Part shown: positions 8,240 through 10,397 of the stretch, in pieces
How positions within the stretch are numbered: the stretch's first letter is position 1
How the letters are laid out: every line of letters begins with the position of its first letter
DNA from: Armatimonadota bacterium
Lineage (GTDB): Bacteria; Sysuimicrobiota; Sysuimicrobiia; Sysuimicrobiales; Humicultoraceae
Reading direction: 5' to 3'
NCBI GenBank assembly: GCA_037443365.1
Contig: JBBIOM010000051.1
Coordinates: 1 to 10,397, forward strand
Length of the DNA stretch: 10,397 nt
Position numbers and translations under genes: made by a program
The notes under the pieces: generated by a model
The model's database searches: none
Told to the model about the DNA's origin: nothing
The model's input: only the letters and a program-made list of their open reading frames with translations

Positions 8240-8255
8240 TCCCCGTGGCGGGGAT
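8239..8255. promoter_or_regulatory. Second candidate CsoR/InrS-type box (alternatively a short RNA hairpin)
   Basis: ATCCCCG-TGG-CGGGGAT shares the ATCCCC-N5-GGGGAT core with 4678-4694. Confidence 0.45.
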
Positions 8256-8259
8256 GCGG

Positions 8260-9018
8260 CTAGCGCACCAGGTGGGGCAGGGTGAAGAGCCCTTCCCGTC
8301 GGAACGGCTCGGCGAGTGCGGCCGTCGCCGAGTGGCTCATCAGGCCGTGGTAGAGGTGGCTGGCCCGATCAGTCTGGCGGTGCAGGGCGTACCCCAGCGT
8401 CTCGTCGGACGCGGAGGTCTCCTCACCGGCGATCCGTGCCAGCGCTTCCGCCGAGAGCCGCCCCCGCATCATCTGGGCGCTGAACGCGTGCTGGCTGCGC
8501 AGCTCGGCCAGCGCCCGCTCCTTCGTCGCGGCCACGTCGGTGATGTCCACCACGCAGTTGGGGCGCTCGGGCGTCATGTAGTAGATCGTGGGAAGGGGCA
8601 CGCGCGGGAGATCCGCAAGCTGCTCGGGCGCGAAGTCCCTGCCCGCCAGCGCCATCGCCTCCAGATAGAGGATCATCGCCTGGCGCCGGTCGGGATCGAG
8701 GTCGTGGAATGAGTGCTCGGGGTCCTGCGTGATGACCACGTCGGGCCGGACCTCGCGCAGCAGGCGGACGAACCGCTTCTTGGACTCAACGTCCGGGGTC
8801 ACGTGCCCCATGGCGAAGTCCATGAACTGCACGGTCGCGCCCAGGATGCGCGCCGCCCTCTCGACCTGCGGGCGCGACTCGGGTCGGGACAGGGTCACCG
8901 CGGCGTGAGCCCGGCCACCTGCCTGGACGTGGCGGGCGATCGTTCCTCCCACCTCGACGATCTCGAGGCCGTACGTGGCCAGGACGAGAAGGGTGGCCGG
9001 AGGCGCGGACGCGAGCAA
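8260..9018 (-). CDS. PIG-L/LmbE deacetylase-fold protein with degenerate metal-binding motifs (252 aa)
   Basis: LLVLA...GGTIARHVQAG, AARILGA, LLREVRPDVVITQDP, VVDITDV...KERALAELRSQ and AEPF follow the PIG-L family layout. TTG 9018 follows SD AGGGGG and lies downstream of a promoter. The ORF-track start at 9216 overlaps the regulator gene. Confidence 0.8.
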   Translation of the reverse strand: MLASAPPATLLVLATYGLEIVEVGGTIARHVQAGGRAHAAVTLSRPESRPQVERAARILGATVQFMDFAMGHVTPDVESKKRFVRLLREVRPDVVITQDPEHSFHDLDPDRRQAMILYLEAMALAGRDFAPEQLADLPRVPLPTIYYMTPERPNCVVDITDVAATKERALAELRSQHAFSAQMMRGRLSAEALARIAGEETSASDETLGYALHRQTDRASHLYHGLMSHSATAALAEPFRREGLFTLPHLVR

Positions 9019-9072
9019 GGCAGACCCCCTGTCTGATCGATCCTCACGCGATGCAGGATCTGGACCGGCGCC

Positions 9073-9101
9073 ACGGTAGCACGGCGCTGGAAAGCCGTCA
9101 A
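9073..9101 (-). promoter_or_regulatory. Putative promoter for the PIG-L-like gene
   Basis: TTGACG (9101-9096), 17-nt spacer, TACCGT (9078-9073) with an extended TGn. Confidence 0.55.
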
Positions 9102-9108
9102 GGCGCGG

Positions 9109-9117
9109 TGCTATACT
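9109..9117 (+). promoter_or_regulatory. Putative extended -10 promoter for the metal-sensor gene, back-to-back with the PIG-L promoter
   Basis: TG-C-TATACT at 9109-9117 with no clear -35. Confidence 0.55.
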
Positions 9118-9169
9118 GCCTGCGACGGCCGGCTGTCGTGCCTGAGTCGGGCCTCCTGGAGGGCGTGAG

Positions 9170-9436
9170 ATGCCCCACACCAAGACGAAGCAGGTGACGA
9201 ACCGTCTCGCCCGCATCGAGGGTCACGTGCGCAGCATCCGCGGCATGGTGGCGGATGGGCGCCCGTGCCCGGAGGTCCTGATCCAGATCGCCGCGGCCCG
9301 CGCCGCGCTCGACCAGGCCGCCCGCGTCCTGCTGGAGGATCACCTCGAGCACTGCGTCGTCGAGGCAAAGGACCGGGGGAACATCGCCATGGCGGTCGGA
9401 GAACTGAAGGAAGCCCTGAACAGGTTCATCGGCTGA
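9170..9436 (+). CDS. CsoR/RcnR-family metal-sensing repressor, InrS-like (88 aa)
   Basis: NRLARIEGHVRSIRGMV...RPCPEVLIQIAAARAAL...LLEDHLEHC. Ligand fingerprint H3-C33-H58-C62, and SD GGAGG 7 nt before the ATG. Confidence 0.93.
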   Translation: MPHTKTKQVTNRLARIEGHVRSIRGMVADGRPCPEVLIQIAAARAALDQAARVLLEDHLEHCVVEAKDRGNIAMAVGELKEALNRFIG

Positions 9437-9513
9437 TGGCAGGGGCGGAGGGATTCGAACCCCCAACTCCCGGTTTTGGAGACCGGCGCTCTACCAATTG
9501 GAGCTACGCCCCT
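9437..9513 (-). tRNA. tRNA-Trp (anticodon CCA), 3' CCA encoded
   Basis: AGGGGCGTAGCTCCAATTGGTAGAGCG-CCGGT-CTCCAAA-ACCGG-GAGTTGGGGGTTCGAATCCCTC-CGCCCCT-G-CCA gives a complete cloverleaf. Confidence 0.98.
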
Positions 9514-9525
9514 GTGGCGGCTACC

Positions 9526-9554
9526 ATTATAAGCCCGCGCAGACCCGGCGGCAA
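9526..9554 (-). promoter_or_regulatory. sigma70 promoter for tRNA-Trp
   Basis: TTGCCG (9554-9549), 17-nt spacer, perfect TATAAT (9531-9526), 12 nt upstream of the mature tRNA 5' end. Confidence 0.75.
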
Positions 9555-9609
9555 CAACGGCTAGCGCGCAGAGACGGTCAGCCCCACGGCGCGCATCCGC
9601 GACCGCATC

Positions 9610-10164
9610 TTACCGGACAAGGCGCGACGCCACGTCCCGGACCACGCACTCCATCGCCGCGAATCCCCACGAGTACACCTGGCAGATGAAGGTCTCCTGG
9701 AACAGGTTGAGCCTGGTGGCGACCTCGAGCACGCGCACGTCGACGTCCACCCGGCTCACGGGAAAGCCGCCGAACGGCCGGCGACCAATTGGGTCGCGCT
9801 CGTGCTCCATCTGGAACAGGATCACCCGGCCCGTGACCACCGCGTCGGCGCCCACGGCCTGGCCCACGGTGACCGTCCTCGTGGGACTCACGAGTTCCTC
9901 GGGCGCAATGCCCAGCCGCCGCATCTCCGCGGCCACGCGCGCGGGCGGGACCACCTGGAACGGACCCCTTGCGATCAACTCGGCCAGCCTTTCCGCGCCC
10001 CAGTCCGCCAGCGGCCGCGAGAGCGACGCCAGGTCGGCAAAGGGCGCGACGGCCAGCACCCGTACCCGGGATAGGTCGGGCCTGGGCCCGGGACCGGTCT
10101 GTCCGGACGACGGGGCAGCGATCAGGGCGACCAGCGCGATTGCACACAGCAGGCGCGTGATCAG
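9610..10164 (-). CDS. Secreted protein with a CsgG/HfaB/TolB-N-like domain; start codon uncertain (CTG 10164, ATC 10161 or GTG 10059)
   Basis: The pattern LAVAPFAD...FQVV...VGQAVGADAVVTGRV...VDVRVLEVAT fits this fold. The open frame upstream of 10059 encodes a signal-peptide-like stretch, ITRLLCAIALVALIAAPSSG. Confidence 0.65.
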   Translation of the reverse strand: MITRLLCAIALVALIAAPSSGQTGPGPRPDLSRVRVLAVAPFADLASLSRPLADWGAERLAELIARGPFQVVPPARVAAEMRRLGIAPEELVSPTRTVTVGQAVGADAVVTGRVILFQMEHERDPIGRRPFGGFPVSRVDVDVRVLEVATRLNLFQETFICQVYSWGFAAMECVVRDVASRLVR

Positions 10165-10186
10165 GGGCCTCCGCGGGTGCCCAGGG

Positions 10187-10339
10187 CTAGCGCGTCTCGC
10201 GGTGGGTGGTGTGCTTGCGACACCACCGGCAGTACTTGGACACCTCGATCCGATCGGGATCGTTCTTCTTGTTCTTCATGGTCGTGTAGTTGCGCCGCTT
10301 GCACTCCGTGCAGGCAAGCGTGATGATGTCTCTTGGCAT
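10187..10339 (-). CDS. rpmG: 50S ribosomal protein L33, Zn-binding (C+) form, 50 aa; absent from the ORF track
   Basis: Manual translation: [50 protein letters not shown]. Confidence 0.97.
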   Translation of the reverse strand: MPRDIITLACTECKRRNYTTMKNKKNDPDRIEVSKYCRWCRKHTTHRETR

Positions 10340-10342
10340 CTG

Positions 10343-10397
10343 CTACTCCACCACCTTCACGACGACGCCGGCGCCCACCGTCCGCCCGCCTTCTCGG
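10343..10397 (-). CDS. tuf: Elongation factor Tu, C-terminal end (partial, truncated by the window edge)
   Basis: Manual translation REGGRTVGAGVVVKVVE* is the conserved EF-Tu C-terminus, directly upstream of rpmG. Confidence 0.95.
   Translation of the reverse strand, partial: REGGRTVGAGVVVKVVE

Noticed and set aside
6654-8285. 543-aa plus-strand ORF, and similar long antisense ORFs (2758-3786, 3925-4797, 4724-5617, 5836-6642)
   Set aside because: These are shadow ORFs opposite well-supported genes. They are expected in high-GC DNA and carry no recognisable motifs.
9122-9162. Short palindromes in the sensor leader (GCGACGG-CCGG-CTGTCGT and CCTCC-T-GGAGG) as an autoregulatory operator
   Set aside because: They do not match ATCCCC-N5-GGGGAT, and the second is largely explained by the SD.
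9019-9216. 66-aa N-terminal extension of the PIG-L-like ORF
   Set aside because: It overlaps the sensor gene and both divergent promoters. TTG 9018 with an SD is the better start.
1-10397. CRISPR array, IS element, prophage or defence genes
   Set aside because: No regularly spaced repeats, transposase or integrase motifs, or defence-type ORFs were seen.

Overview
GC-rich bacterial chromosomal segment carrying the conserved tuf-rpmG-tRNA(Trp)-secE-nusG-rplK-rplA cluster on the minus strand. The cluster is interrupted twice. A gene for a secreted CsgG/HfaB-like protein lies between rpmG and tRNA-Trp, and a ~7.1 kb accessory block lies between tRNA-Trp and secE. That block encodes an InrS-like (H-C-H-C) CsoR/RcnR metal sensor, a PIG-L/LmbE-fold protein lacking its canonical Zn ligands, a family-5 ABC importer (binding protein plus two permeases, no ATPase), a P1B-type metal ATPase with an atypical CPC/AN/HN signature, and a DUF378 membrane protein. 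The most notable signal is two ATCCCC-N5-GGGGAT boxes. One covers the predicted transcription start of the ATPase (repressor position) and the other abuts the -35 of the importer (activator-like position). This suggests one sensor reciprocally controls Ni/Co efflux and uptake, which is an untested inference. All family assignments come from motif recognition; no database searches were run.
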